Source: the human T2T-CHM13v2.0 reference genome, Homo sapiens. Taken from it: a DNA stretch of 64,000 bases. The DNA lies in NCBI RefSeq assembly GCF_009914755.1, contig NC_060925.1. One strand, 5' to 3'. A program made the position numbers and the translations under genes. Below are positions 43,135 through 61,238 of this stretch, piece by piece (the stretch's first letter is position 1; every line of letters begins with the position of its first letter). Under the pieces are notes generated by a model. That model was not told where the DNA came from. It was given only the letters and a program-made list of their open reading frames with translations, and made no database searches.

Positions 43135-44659
43135 AAAATTGAGATTTTACACACACACACATACACACACACACTTTTGGTAACTTAATGTATACTGAAC
43201 ATCTCCCATATTACCAAATATTCTTTTCAAATGTCCTTTGGTAGCTGTACACATCACATCATATGTGTAGTGTACTAAAACTTAACAACCCCCATTATTG
43301 GTGACCATGTAGTTTGTTAATCCACTTTTGTGCAATGACGGGCATCTTCCTAAGTTAATTTTTTGTTGTTCTTTAATTATTTCCTTAGGATAAATTCCTA
43401 GAAGTGGAATTCATTGGTTAAAAGGCTAGACATTTGTTATACTCCTGCCAAACTGGTGTGCAGAATTCTTGGTGCTTGCTGTTGGTAGCACTGTGAGTAG
43501 TTTCCCAGATGTAGTGTGTTGCAGGGGTGACAGTACTGAAAGGCCCTCCACCCCCTGCAAAGCATGGCAAGTGCAGCAGCAAGATCTGCGGTGGCAAAAA
43601 CCAGGAAGACAGTCATTCCCATCATCTTTTGACATTGCTTTTTTCCCCATTTTTTAGGGGGGACAATTGATGTTCTTTGTCAATTCAATCATATTTCTTT
43701 CTTTTTTTAATGTACGAAGATAGACTTCCTATATTATATTGCCTTTTTAAACATCTTTCCCACACAAAAAAGAGAGCTACCGACAGACTGTCCATTCCGT
43801 TGCACTAGGACGCTCTTCAAACAAAGCCGGTACCTTGAGGAGACAGTAAAGGAGGTCTGAAATGAACATGCCCCGATCACCAGCCAAGCACTCTGATGAC
43901 AGAGCTTGGAAGCCAGGGTCTGGGGTAAGCTAACTAGGATAACCACAGTCGTAACGACCAATTACAGAAGAACACTCGCACAATGAGACTTTGCTTTCAT
44001 CAACAGTGACAGAACTCAGGCCAGTTCTTTTGATTCTAAAAAGGTAGGAGATCAAACCCAATGCTTACCACCTGCTAAGCAGAAAGATCTGATCCGCTTT
44101 CCCAAACCAGTTATTTGTTGTGTGGCTGGAAACAGAAGAAGGGCTGCCTAAAACTGAGTGGTGGGCTAGGTAGTACGGGGAATAGGGAGAGGAAGAAGGG
44201 GAGGAGCAGGGAGCAAAGGTACTTTCAGGGAGCAGTATTTTAAGTCTTCCTGGAAGAGGAAGTTAACTGGGAGATTGGAGTATAGGCTGTGCTCTTAGCA
44301 TGTATACCGGGAAGTAAACACCTCTTAGGAGGCTGGCTTGAAGTTGACAGTTAGTAATGCAAGCTGTTGATTTTTTTTGAAAGTATTTGTTAAGAGTGAA
44401 TTGGTTTCTATAACTGTGAAAATGGCTGTAGGACAACGTTTCCCCTGCCCAATTGTGGTTTCAGATGCTACTTTTCACCACTTTGAACCTGGAGGACATC
44501 TTGGTTTTAGAGACTCTACCTGAAAAATGTAACTTAGGTTCATTGTACTTTTATTGAGGGCTTGGCACTGGAATAAGTGTTCACAGATTGATAACATAAG
44601 ATCCCTGCCCTTGATATATTCAGTTTAGTGGCAGTGAGAGGAATAATAATATAAATAGA

Positions 44660-47600
44660 TAATTTTATTATTCTGGCAAAATATACATAACGTAAAATTT
44701 ATTTTCAAGTTTACAGTTCTGTGACATGCTCATGTTGTTATACAACCGTCACCACCATTTATTTCCCAAGCTGTTTCATCTTCTCTAACTTAAACTCTGT
44801 ATCTGTTAAATAATAATTCTTCCTCATCCCCAGGCCCTGGCAACCACCATTCTACTTTCTGACTCAGAATTGGACTATTCTAGGTACTTTAGTTAAGTGG
44901 AATCACACAGCATTTGCCTTTTTGTGATTGGCTGATTTTACTTAATATAATTCCTCAAGACTCATCGTACTGTATTGTATGTCAGAATTGTCTTTTTAAG
45001 GCTACGTATCATTGTATGTATATATCAATTTATTCATCAATAGGCACTGGGTTACTTTCACCTTTTGACTGTTGTGAATAATGCTGTTATGAACATGAGT
45101 GTACAAATATACACATACCTCGGAGATATTGTGGTTTCAGTTGCAGACCACGGCAATAAAGTGAATATCATAGTAAAGTGTCACACAATTTTTTGTTTCT
45201 TTTCCAGTGCACGTAAAAGTTATGTTTACACTATACTATAGTCAATTGAATATGCAGTAGCATTATGTCTAAAAAAATTGCAGAGACCTTAATTTTAAAA
45301 TGCTTTATTACTAAAAATCGTAGATACCTTAAGTTTAAAATGCTTTATTGCTAATGGTCATCTGAGCCTTCAGCAAGTTGTAATCTTTTTGCTGGTGGAG
45401 TGTCTTGCCTCGATAGTGATGCCGGAAGGCTAGGGTGGCTATTGCAATTTCTTAAAGTCAACAATGAAGTTTGCCACGTTGATTGACTCTTTCCTTCATG
45501 AAAGATTTCTCTGTTTTATGTGATGCTGTTTGATGGCATTTTGCCCATAGTCAAACTTCTTTCAAAGTGGGAGTCAATTTTACCTTTCGACCCAGCAATC
45601 AAAAAATAAAAAATTTAAAAAAAATTAAAGTCAGTCCTCTTAAACCTTGCCACTGCTTTATCAACTAAGCTTATGGAATATTCTAAATCCTTTGTTAGCA
45701 TTTCAACAATGCCCACAGCATTTTCAGCATTAGATTCCATCTCAAGAAACTACTTTCGTAAGAAGAAACTTGTTCATCATAAGAAACTCCTTATTTGTTC
45801 ACATTTTATTATGAGATTGCAACAATTCAGTCACATCTTCAGGTTCCACTTCTAATTCTAGTTCTCTTGCTGTTTCCACTACATCTGCAGTGACTTACTC
45901 CACTGAAGTCTTGAACCCCTCAACATCATGCATGAGGCTTGGAATCTACTTCTTCCAAACTCTTGTTAATGTTGATATTTTCACCTCCTCCAATGAATCA
46001 CAAATGTTGTTAATGGCATCTAGAATGGTGAATCCTTTCTAGAAGGTTTTCAGTTTACTTTGCCCGGATCCACCAGAAGCATCACTATGGCAGCTGTAGC
46101 CTTACGAAATGTATTTCTTAAATAATAACTTGAAAGTCAAAATCACTCTGATCCATGGGCTGCAGAAGGGATGTTGTGTAGGCAGGCATGAGAATAACAT
46201 TAATCTCCTTGTACATCTCCATCAGAGCTCTTGGGTGACTAGGTGCATTGCTGATGAGCAGTAATATTTTGAAAGGAATCTTTTTTTATGAGCAATAGGT
46301 CTCAACAGTGGGATTCAAATATTCAGTAAATCATGCTGTAATGAGATATGCTGCCATACTGGCTTTGTTGTTCCATTTACAGAGCACAGGCAGAGTAGAT
46401 GGAGCATACAAGGGCCTTAGGATTTTTGGAATGGTAAATGAGCATTGACTTCAATTTAAAGTCACCAGTTGCATTAGCCTCTAACAAGAGAGTCATCCTG
46501 TCCTTTGAAGCTTTGAAGTCAGGCATTGACTTCTCTAGCTGCGAAAGTCTTAGATGGCATACTATTTTAATAGAAGGCTGTTTTTTCTACATTGAAAAAA
46601 TCTTTAGTGTAGCTACCTTCATCAGTTATTTTAGCTAGATCTTCTGGATAACTTGCTACAGCTTCTACATCAGCACTTGCCGCTTCATCTAGCACAATAT
46701 GTTAGGGATATGGTTTCTTAACTTAAGCCTCATGATCCAGCCTCTGTTAGCTTCAAACTTTTCTTGTGTGGCTTCCTCATCTTTCTCAGCCTTCATAGGA
46801 TTGAAGAGAGTTAGGGCCTTGCTCTGGATTAGGCTTTGGTTCAAGGGAATGTTATGGCTGGTTTGATATTCTATCCAGACCAAACTTTCTTCGTATCAGT
46901 AATAAGGCTGTTTTGCTTTCTTATCATTCATGTGTTCACTGGAGTGGTACTTTTAATTGCCGTCATGAACTTTTCCTTTGCATTCACATCTTGGCTGACT
47001 CCTTGGCATAAGAGGCCTAGCTTTTGACCTGTCTTGGCTTTCGACATGCCTTCCTCACTAAGCTTAATTATTTCTATCCATTGATCTACAGTTAGAGACA
47101 TGTGACTCTTTTACTTGAACACTTAGAGGCCATTGTAGGGTATTAATTGGCCTAACTTCAATATTGTTCTGTCGCAGGAAATCATAGGGAGGCCCAAGAA
47201 GAGGGAGAGAGACAGTGGAATGCCCCAGTCAGTGGAACAGTCAGAACATGTACATTAATGGATTCAATTTGCCATTTTATATGGGCGTGGTTGGTGGCAC
47301 CCCGAAATAATTACAATAGTAATGTCAAAGATCACTGATCACAGATCACCATAACATATAATAAAATAATGAAAATGTTTGAGATATTGTGAGAATTACC
47401 AACATGTGACACAGAGATACAAAGTGAACACATGCTATTGGAAAAATGGTATTAACAAGACTTGCTTCACACAGTGTTGCCACAAACCTTCAATTTGTAA
47501 AAAAAACGTAGTATCTGTGAAGCACAATAAAATGAAGTATGCCTGTATCTACTTGAGTTTCAACTTTAAGTTCTTTTGGGTACATCCCCACAAATGGTAT

Positions 47601-48400
47601 TGCTGGGTCATACGGTAATTCTATATTTAGTTTTTTGAGGAGTTCCTATACTGTTTTCTACAGTGGCTATACAAGTTCACATTCCTGCCAGCAGTGCACA
47701 AGAATTCCTTTTCCTCGCATGCTTGCTAACATTTGTTCTTTCTAGTTTCTTTCTTAAAAAAAAAATTGCCATCCTAATGGGTATGAAAGAGAATCTCATC
47801 ATGGGCCTTTTTTTTTTTTTTTTTTTTTTAAAGAGATGGGGGTCTTGCTCTGTCACTCACGCTGGAGTGCAGTGTGTCGTGATCATAGCTCACTGCAGGC
47901 TCAAGCGATCCTCTGCTTCAGCCTTCCAAAGTGCTGGGATTATAGGCGTGAGCCACCACCAGCTAATTTTTAAAAACTTTTTTGTGGACGTCTTGCAGTG
48001 TTGCCCAGGCTATTCTTGAGCTCTCAGCCTCAAGCAATCTTCCCAAAGCACAGGAATTATATTAATTATATTAATAGGTTGAGCCACTGTGCCTGGCAAA
48101 AGTTTTAAATTTTGATGAAGTCCATCTTACTTATTTTTTTCTTTTGTTGCCTGTGCTTTCAGTATTACATGTAAGAAATCATTGCCAAATCCAATGTCAA
48201 AGTGCTTTATTTTTATATTTTCTCCTAAGACTTACAGTTTTAGCCCTTAAGTTTAGGTATTTGATCTGTTTTGAGGTGGTGGTTTCTTTTGTTGTTGTTG
48301 TTTGTTTCTTTTTTTGTATGGTGTAAAGTAAGGAAAGGTCTAACTTCATTTTTTTTTTTTTTTTTTGCATATGAATGTCCAGTTTTCCCAATACCATTAG
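44660..48400 (-). mobile_element. L1MB-like element split by Tigger1 (45112-47545) and an AluJ (~47807-48097)
   Basis: L1M 3' sequence 44660-45110 reads through the TA site into 47546 onward ('gtacaaata|tct...ttcttttgggtacatccc...ggtattgctgggtcatacggtaattctat'). Confidence 0.75.
45112..47545 (-). mobile_element. Tigger1 DNA transposon, near full length (~2.4 kb), degenerate transposase
   Basis: Termini 'catacctcggagatatt...' and '...aagtatgcctg' flanked by TA. The - strand ORF 46689-46883 (VWIEYQTSHNIPLNQSLIQSKALTLFN...EKFEANRGW) is Tigger/pogo CENP-B-like transposase. Confidence 0.92.
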
Positions 48401-48712
48401 CTGGACGATAATTTTAATATGTGAATGAAGATACTTTTGCTCACAGGAGTTTTTGAGCCTCAGTGTCTGGCTACAGGGTTCTCATTTGAATGTCCAGTTT
48501 TCCCAGTACCATTTGCTGGATGACAATTTTAATATGTGAATGAAGATACTTCTGCTCACAGGAGTTTTTGAGCCTCAGTGTCTGGCTACAGGGTTCTCAT
48601 TTGAATGTCCAGTTTTCCCAGTACCATTTGCTGGATGACAATTTTAATATGTGAATGAAGATACTTCTGCTCACAGGAGTTTTTGAGCCTCAGTGTCTGG
48701 CTACAGGGTTCT
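48372..48712. repeat. Tandem repeat, 3 x 115 bp
   Basis: Units start at 48372, 48487 and 48602 (tgaatgtccagttttccca...ctacagggttct). Confidence 0.97.
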
Positions 48713-48828
48713 GCTTTAATATGTAGGAGGAAGAGATTCAAGCCTCTTGCTCCATTATGGGTAGACAGCACACTACAGGGAGCTTCCCTGAGGGAACTTT
48801 CTGTGTACTGTTTCCTAGAAATCTGTAG

Positions 48829-49273
<445 letters not shown>

Positions 49274-49959
49274 TAGTATGGTTTCTTTTTGTGTAGGGGG
49301 AGTGAATTTTTTGTGTGTGCGTGTGCGTTTGCTTATTGTACCCATTTCTCATGGTATGGAAAAAAACAGGATTTCATACTCTTAACAGGATACCCTGCAC
49401 AAGGTGGGAAAATATACCTCGTGTTTTAAAGAAAAATAGTTTAACAAATGGCTTTCATCTGGGTTGTACTCCAGACTTGCTGCTGCTTCATGCTTTTCCA
49501 ATTGTGCCACAGGCCTGATCCCTTAGCATGTGTGCAGCTGTGGGCTAGAGGGTTGAAAGCAGGTCCTGTGTCTCTTTCCTGGTGAACTCCACAGGGACAC
49601 AGCTGCAGGTCTTTTGTAACGCTCTGTATATGCACAGGAAGTCCCTTACAACCCACTCTGTTAGATCTCATTTCCTCTTCGGTTATTTGCCCTCTGTGGT
49701 CTCTGGGTGTCAGCCTGGCCTGCCTTTTCAGGGTTCAAGGAGCTGCTGGATTGGTGCCCTCTTGTGGTCTGCCTTTGATGTGGTTGGGATCTTGGGAGCT
49801 GAAGGCAAAGAAAGGACAAGTGAGCTACCGAGGAGTAAGGAAGACATGAAGTTGAGAAGATAACAGAGGGAAGTTAAAAAAAAAAATCTTTGGTTGAGGA
49901 AATTGTTTCTGAATATAACATGATAAAATCAGTTTAGGTTAATCAGTTTAACTGCATCA

Positions 49960-51120
<1,161 letters not shown>

Positions 51121-52425
51121 GGAGATGCAAAAAGCAACTACCTTGAAAAGGGCAGTCGAGATCAAGTGGAGTAAGATATTTATTCAGCGCAATGTTAATT
51201 ATAAAAAGTAAAGTAAGTAGAAAGACCAGGGTAGGAACTACCGAAAAACAAACCAACGAACAGAAAAGAAAACCAAAAAAACCCCCAGAATTTCATGTCT
51301 GGTTTTAGGTTGCCACAATTTAATAATGAAGAAGGGACAGATTATAGAATTCTGAGATAGAGAATAGCGAGATACAATAAAATGTAGTTATCTTAAAAGA
51401 AGTCAGTATGCAATTGATTGAATAGACTTCACCCCTCACTGGAGGAATATCTTGCCCACATAGGGAGGGAAGAAACTGATGGCCACCGTCTTGGACACAA
51501 GCTACCATGCATGCATATAAACACGGAAAAATGCTTGCCAAAATGGTAGCTACATTTATTTCTAGCAGTAGGACTTAGCCAATCATTTCTGTCTTTGTTT
51601 TACCTACTTGTACTTTTTAGAAAAAGATTATTACGTTCATTTTTTAATAATGAGAAAAAGTGAAGCTTCCCATTTCTGTGTGATTCTTTATATCTTCCTG
51701 ACCTTCTCTTTTTTCACTTCTTGCAGTGTGAAAACCCTTTCTCCCGTTGGGCTGTCGTAGTTCATCATCAGTAAAACCTCCATATTCTCAACCCTTTCTT
51801 TTGAGTGTCCTTTACCTTTTCTGTCAAAAACTTGCTCTTTCCTGATTTCCCTGTTTTTCCTGCCAAGCCTCAGGAGAAGCTTTTCCCACATGCTGCTTAT
51901 CTTTGGGCCTTAGTGCCGAGACGTGGGGGGTGGTGCTTCCTTCTTACTTCCTATTTCTTTCAAACCATTCTCCCTCCCTCCCTCCTGCCTAAAACACCAG
52001 CTTTGGATCTCACATCACCAGAGCCACTCACTACTCCTGAGCTATTTCTCTGTGATTTTATCTCCTACCTTATTGTCTCTTTCTTTCCAGTATCACTGCT
52101 TCCTTTAGTTCTTGGCAATTTCAGTGTAAACATAGGTAATGACTTTAGCCATTGTCTCCCTCTACCTTAGACCTTATCATTACCAGTAATTGCAGTCCTC
52201 CATAACCTTAATTTCATGCATCCCATCCTCTGAGGACAACCTTCTATTTTATGAATTTACTTCTCTACTACTTTTATTTTAAAAACAAAAGAGACAGGGG
52301 TAGATGGGAACTTGATGCTGCCCTCATAAGCACTGATTCTCTGGGCTCCACAATCACCTGGGCCATTTCCTGGGCCACCCAGCCTGCTTCTTGAGGGAAT
52401 GCTTTGTGATTTGATTGTTTATAGA

Positions 52426-52836
52426 TGTTATGCTAGACCCCTGTTGACTCCAATAGGGATGACACCATGTTTGAGAGACTGAAGAAAAGACCCGGAGGTA
52501 TCAAATGAGACATAGGGTTTATTTGGGGGACTCACGTACAGAGCCGTCCAGTGGCAGCGGGCTTGGCAGGAAGCATGCTGCTACCTTTTGTAAAAAACAT
52601 GTAGCTCATATAGCATTTTCATTTAGCATCCTCCCCCTGGCAGCCTCCCAAAACAAAGGTCTCCATCCCCTGCGTTAAAAGGGATAGGGCAGGGATTTGG
52701 ATGTCTTTAATAGACAAAGACTGAATCTCCAGGTTGGCCACTCTCAGATTTCTTAGCCTGGAACTCCAAACCAACACTCTTCTCATTCTTAGGATATGCT
52801 TCAGTTATGGCTATCAGGTGCCTCTGCCATAAAACA
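52426..52836 (-). mobile_element. LTR47-like solo LTR
   Basis: TG...CA ends; reverse strand begins 'tgttttatggcagaggcacctgatagccataactgaagcatatcc', resembling LTR47. Confidence 0.6.
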
Positions 52837-53485
52837 GGAAGATTTTTTTTTTAACGTAAGAATTCCTTTTCTTCCATCTATAGGTTGTTAAAATGGAAGA
52901 TTTGTTTTACCGAGGACATGAAAGGCATTGCAGTTGCTTGGGCATTCTAGAAGAGGGTGCTGTCCTTTGCCCTGGTGTTTTCTTAGGTGGCTGTGGCAGG
53001 AACACTAACTCTTAAGGAAATGGATGCTTTTTCTTTCCTGGTACATAATGTATGAACACTAGTGTGTTGTTTTCATTGTGTAGTGTGGTTTAATAGTATG
53101 ATAATGTAGTTTTGTGCCGTTTTATAGACGTGAAGAAAATAAAACTAATGGGCATGAATTGATGAAGTTTTCAACTGAGTTACCAAAAAAAAAAAAAAAA
53201 AGCTTCCTAATGGACTTTCCTGGAAAGATTTGTCTAAATGAAAATTTGGTGGATCTTAAAGAAGAGAATAATTTTTATTGAACATATAGTTTGTGCTAGC
53301 CACTATCTTAGGCATGTAGCTTATTAACACTTATGGCCCATTTGTGGAACAGGTATGGTTACCTGCAGTTTAAAACAAGGATGCCAGTGTTCTAAGAGGT
53401 TGAGTTGCCCGAGATATCACTGGTATGTTAGAGTCAGGAATCAAGCCAGGTCCTGTGTGCCCTGCCCAGCCTGACTTTAAAGGAC

Positions 53486-54243
53486 TATGTAGGGAAACTC
53501 TCTGAAACCACATTTTTCCTTTACTCTCACACCACAACAGTTAACACGGAAGACTTCTGTGACCGATTGTGGTGAGAGAGGGGGGATTTCCTCACACAGC
53601 AAGGCACAGACACCAGTTGAGTGTCCTCCAATTTACTTGCTACACTATTTACCTGGAGATAGTGTCAAATCCCACAGGTTGGAAACTCAAGTCTCTAAAA
53701 CTGCCCCTGCCCCCTGCAGACATGCAAACCTGAGCCTCTGGAACTTCTGATTGATTGACTTCAAGTCGAGGTTCCCATAACCCCCTCTTAGGGTTTGATT
53801 AATTTGCTGGAGTGGCTCACAGAACTCAGGGAAACACTTATGTTTACTGGTTTATTATAAAGGATATTTTGCAAAGGACACAGATGAAGAGACGCACAGG
53901 GCAAGGCATGGGGAAAGAGGTGCGGAGTTTCCAACCCCTCCCTTGTGTGCCACCCTCCAGGAACCTCCAGGTGTTCAGCTATCCGGAAACTCCCTGTACC
54001 CAGCTTTCTTGGGTTTTTTGGAAACGTTCCTTCCTACAGTGCTTAGCCCTCTCAGGGGAGGGTTTGAGACCCACAATCTGAAAGGTGGGGAAAGATTAGA
54101 TTCCTGCCTCGGGCCAGGTGAAAGGAAGGCAGGAAAGAGATTCTGTTTCCTGACCCAACATTATCACAAAAGACTGTAACAAGGGCTGTGGGAGTTATGG
54201 ACCAGGAACCTGGTTGAAAACCATTATAAATCATAACACCACA
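53486..54243 (-). mobile_element. MER21-family solo LTR
   Basis: 'ctctcacaccacaac...agacttctgtgacc...gacaccagttgagtgtcctccaatt...gctcacagaactcagggaaacac'; 5-bp TSD aggac. Confidence 0.82.
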
Positions 54244-54793
54244 AGGACCTATATTTTGCTTTTTAGGACATTGTAGTAGGTGGGTAGTTTTCATCCTCTT
54301 GCTTTTTAAAATCTATCTTGCCCAGAAGTTTATTGGGCATTTCTATGGAAACACAACACCTCTCTTAAATGGCAGTTTCACAGATCTGCAGCCTAGTAAT
54401 TGCTACTCATTTTGAAGACCCTGAAGCACACCACTGGATCTGGAAGTGACATCTTCGTCACCAAGGAAACAGTAGATTAAGTCCTGTGCTCAGTATAGTT
54501 TTACTTCTGAGTATTTAGTAAGTATGATAAATTATTAACCAGGATATTTGATCAGGTAGACATGCCTATATTCCAGATAGCAACAGTTTACCATTAGAGC
54601 AAACAGAAAACACCAGGAAAAATTCTGCAGGACAAGTTTGTAAAATGCAATGATACATCTTTATGACATATATCCTCTGTAAGGAGATAAAAACAATGTA
54701 TGTACAGGAGTGTACATAAATAAAAGTTGAAGAAAGTACATCCTCTGTGATTTAAAAAAAGAAATTCAATATACCCATTAAAAAAGTGACAGG

Positions 54794-55290
54794 TGTATTA
54801 GTTTTCTATGGCTATAGTAACAAATTACTACAATCTTGATGACTTAAAATGACAGATTCATTCTCTTATAGTGCTGGAGGCTGTAAGACTGAAATTTAGG
54901 TGTGGGCAGTGTTGGCCTCTTCTGGAAGATCTGAAGGAGACCCATGCCTCCGTCCTGTCTCCCAGCTTCTGCTGCCATTTCTTGTATCACCCCAGTCTCT
55001 ACTTTCACCTTTATATGGCTTTCCCTCATGTCTCCGTGTCTTCACCTTTTCTGTTTCTTAGAAGGACACATGTCATGGGGTTTAGGGCCCACCCTAATTC
55101 AGGATGATCTCATCTCAAGATATTTAACTTAATTACATGTGCAAAGACCTTTTTTCCAAATAAGGTCATATTTTGAGGTTGGGGGAGTTAGAATATGATC
55201 GTAGATTTTGGGGGGCAACAATGTAACTCACTTATAAATGGTCCACTGACCCCCCCAAAATTTGTCCTGTGTGCAGAATGCATTCATCTC
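54794..55290 (-). mobile_element. MLT1C/D-like MaLR LTR
   Basis: 'tgtattagttttctatggctatagtaacaaattac...gatgatctcatctcaaga...gcaaagaccttttttccaaataaggtcata'. Confidence 0.75.
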
Positions 55291-55409
55291 ATCCCAATTA
55301 ATTATTAACACTGCTTTGTGAGGAAAAATTAAGAATTTTGAAAAGTGAGAAGCTATACCTCTGGGATAAATAAAAAGACAAATGGCAGAAGATGGATAGT
55401 CGCTAATCT

Positions 55410-57600
<2,191 letters not shown>

Positions 57601-57688
57601 GAAATAAGAGTTTGGCCCATATCTACTGATAGTTCTGCCAGTTTCACAAATTAATAAAAGAAAATCATTATATTCAAAGGATGTTTGC

Positions 57689-57691
<3 letters not shown>

Positions 57692-57728
<37 letters not shown>
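57692..57728. repeat. (TTA)n microsatellite
   Basis: ~12 units. Confidence 0.95.
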
Positions 57729-57729
<1 letters not shown>

Positions 57730-58722
57730 TTGTCAGTAGTAGATTAGCCCTGAAAATTTATGATGACTTCCAGTGTGATGAACTTACTCCTCCTTATACA
57801 GTAACGTGGTCTATGTGGCTTTGGGAGTTCTTTTCTCTTTTCTCTTTTTTGATTCTTGGAGTTTTGGGGCCCTGGAGATGGTAGTGATGAATGACGAATT
57901 CAGCAAAACTTAGAAGGGAACAGTCGAGGGAATTGAGACAGCCAATAGAGGACTTGAACCCCTTTCTTCAAATGCTATGAAGAATAAATAATAAGATTAG
58001 TTTTCAAAGATGTGAAAGAGACTCTGAAAAAGGAACGGAAGTGGGTGCTTGGCATTGCTTTCTCTTTCCTTCCCCTGTTGCTCTGTATTTGGGCATTAGA
58101 TGTGGGTGCTGGAGGAGAAATTAAGAAGAAAATTTTAAAAATCTTGATAACTAGACAGTCTGATTTCTGATTTTCCAGTTTAGATAAGGATTACTGGATG
58201 GAGGAGTTAACTAAAATATACTTTGTACAACAAAGCACTGTTGTGCTGTTACATCCACATTAAATGTTTACTCATGTGCGGCCTGCAATTTGGAAAGATT
58301 CGGCAGAGGATCCAACTGGCACATTGTGCTCTCTTGATCTATTCAGTTTTTTAAGAACGGAGGAAAGTCAGCTTTCGTTTTGTGTCTCATACCCAGAAGG
58401 ACTTCAGTTCTTTCTTTCAGTCCATAATTTCTGTAATAAGCATATTATCTTTGCTCAGTAAACAGGTCCCTAGCAAGTGGGTGGGTTTTGGTGTGTCACC
58501 CAGGACAAGGGGCCCAGTTTGTTGTTTTTCACTATCCCAACTTGCCTCTTAACGCTCAAGTAAAAGGGGAAAGAAATAGACCCAGCCTCACTTGCACCCA
58601 CAAGTCAGTAATAATTAGTCTTCCAGCAGGTCTCCTCTTTGTTTCTGCTTCTTGGAGAGGGCATCATAAGCAGCAGTTCACCAAAGTTAGCAACAAGCCT
58701 AGATCCATTCAGTTTTTTTTGG

Positions 58723-58745
58723 GTGTGTGTGTGTGTGTGTGTGTG
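58723..58745. repeat. (TG)n microsatellite
   Basis: Directly visible. Confidence 0.9.
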
Positions 58746-59019
58746 ATGTCTTTTGTGTTTGTCCTGTGGGGACAAATACAAAGTAGGATCCATAGACTCC
58801 ATATTCAGGCTTAGAATAAAGACTGAAATTAATCACTATTCTATATGGAATAATCTTAATTCAGTTGCGAGGGATACATTGCCCCTTGAATCTCAAGCAT
58901 AGCCCTGTTTTGTCTTTGCTTGGTGGTAGCTGTTAACCAGGCTCTGGGTGAGCCTAGAACTTGGTCTCACATGAGCAGTGTAGATACCTCTCTGCCTTTT
59001 TGTTTAAGATGATGTAGCA

Positions 59020-59407
<388 letters not shown>

Positions 59408-60576
59408 CTATATCTTTTACATGGTTATAGTCAGAGTATTTGTACTATATTCTCCCCTGTCCTCATATGTACTTACTCAGGGTTTTTTTTTGTTTGTTTG
59501 TTTGTTTTCTATCTTGATCAATTTCACTGTAAGTTTGTTACTTGGCATGAGGGTAGAAATGTTGATTCTTACTCTACTGCTTACTCTACTGTGTGGTGGC
59601 GAAGAGCATGCATCTTGAAGCCAGCCCATCTGACTTTGAAGACAGGCTCAACTGTTTTTCAGACGTTTGACTTTGGTCCGAGTCACTTAATCTGCTTCTC
59701 TGACTCAGTTTCTTCTTATGTAAAGTAAAATAGGGGTAATAAGAATACCCACTTCATAGAGTTGATTTGAGGATTAAATATAACCAAGTATATGTAAAGC
59801 TTTTAGAATAGTTCCTGACATATAGCATGTTCTGTGTGTTAGCTATTATTATCATCACTCAGTTAATTTTGAACCACTTAATTTCCAAGTGCTGGTGAGT
59901 CTAAAGAGCAGAGCCAAACATGTAATTACATAAACCCAGAAGTGAATTTTTCAAATGTCTTTTCTAGTAATAGAGCTTAATGAGATTGGCACTTCAGGGA
60001 AAAGTCCTAGGAACTTGTTTATGTTGGTGACTGTTGATCAGCCAGAAGATCTCTCAGACGCAGTCTAACATCTGCATCTTTCTAGGCTGGACTACCTTTG
60101 CGGCACCAACAGATGGATCAGGAATTAAAACTGGGAGCTTCTGTTGTGGGGAATCTTTCATCTTCTACTGTTAATAGCCTTTTGGGTTTCCCTCTCCTGG
60201 GTACTACTTTCTCTACGGAGAGCTTGGTCTGTGGCACAAACAGGTGCCGAAAGGGGGAAGAAACACCTCTGGGTAAATATCTGGAGGTCGGCAGGTGACA
60301 GAGCAGTGGTCTGGGGACACTGGTTCAGGTGTATGTTCATCACCCTACCCTTTAAAACTCACATGGAAATGACTTGGCTGATAAGTTACTTGTGGTTCCT
60401 GTGATAATTAAGGCAGCCTGTTGGACCAGGACAAAGGATTTCCTCAGCTTTCAAGAGAACGTTTCTACCAAGAGCCATATACTAAGGTGTGCTGGTTATG
60501 TGAGTGTTGACCTCAGTATTAGTATCACTTCTGTTGAAAGTGACAGAAAACCTCTAAAACAGGGTTTAAAGATAGT

Positions 60577-61238
<662 letters not shown>

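Noticed and set aside
45112-47545. Intact or domesticated Tigger (TIGD-like) transposase gene
   Set aside because: The longest transposase-like ORF is 64 aa, with many stops/frameshifts and an internal insertion.
48372-48712. Possible CRISPR-like array
   Set aside because: Contiguous 115-bp tandem units with no unique spacers, no cas genes, and a human context.
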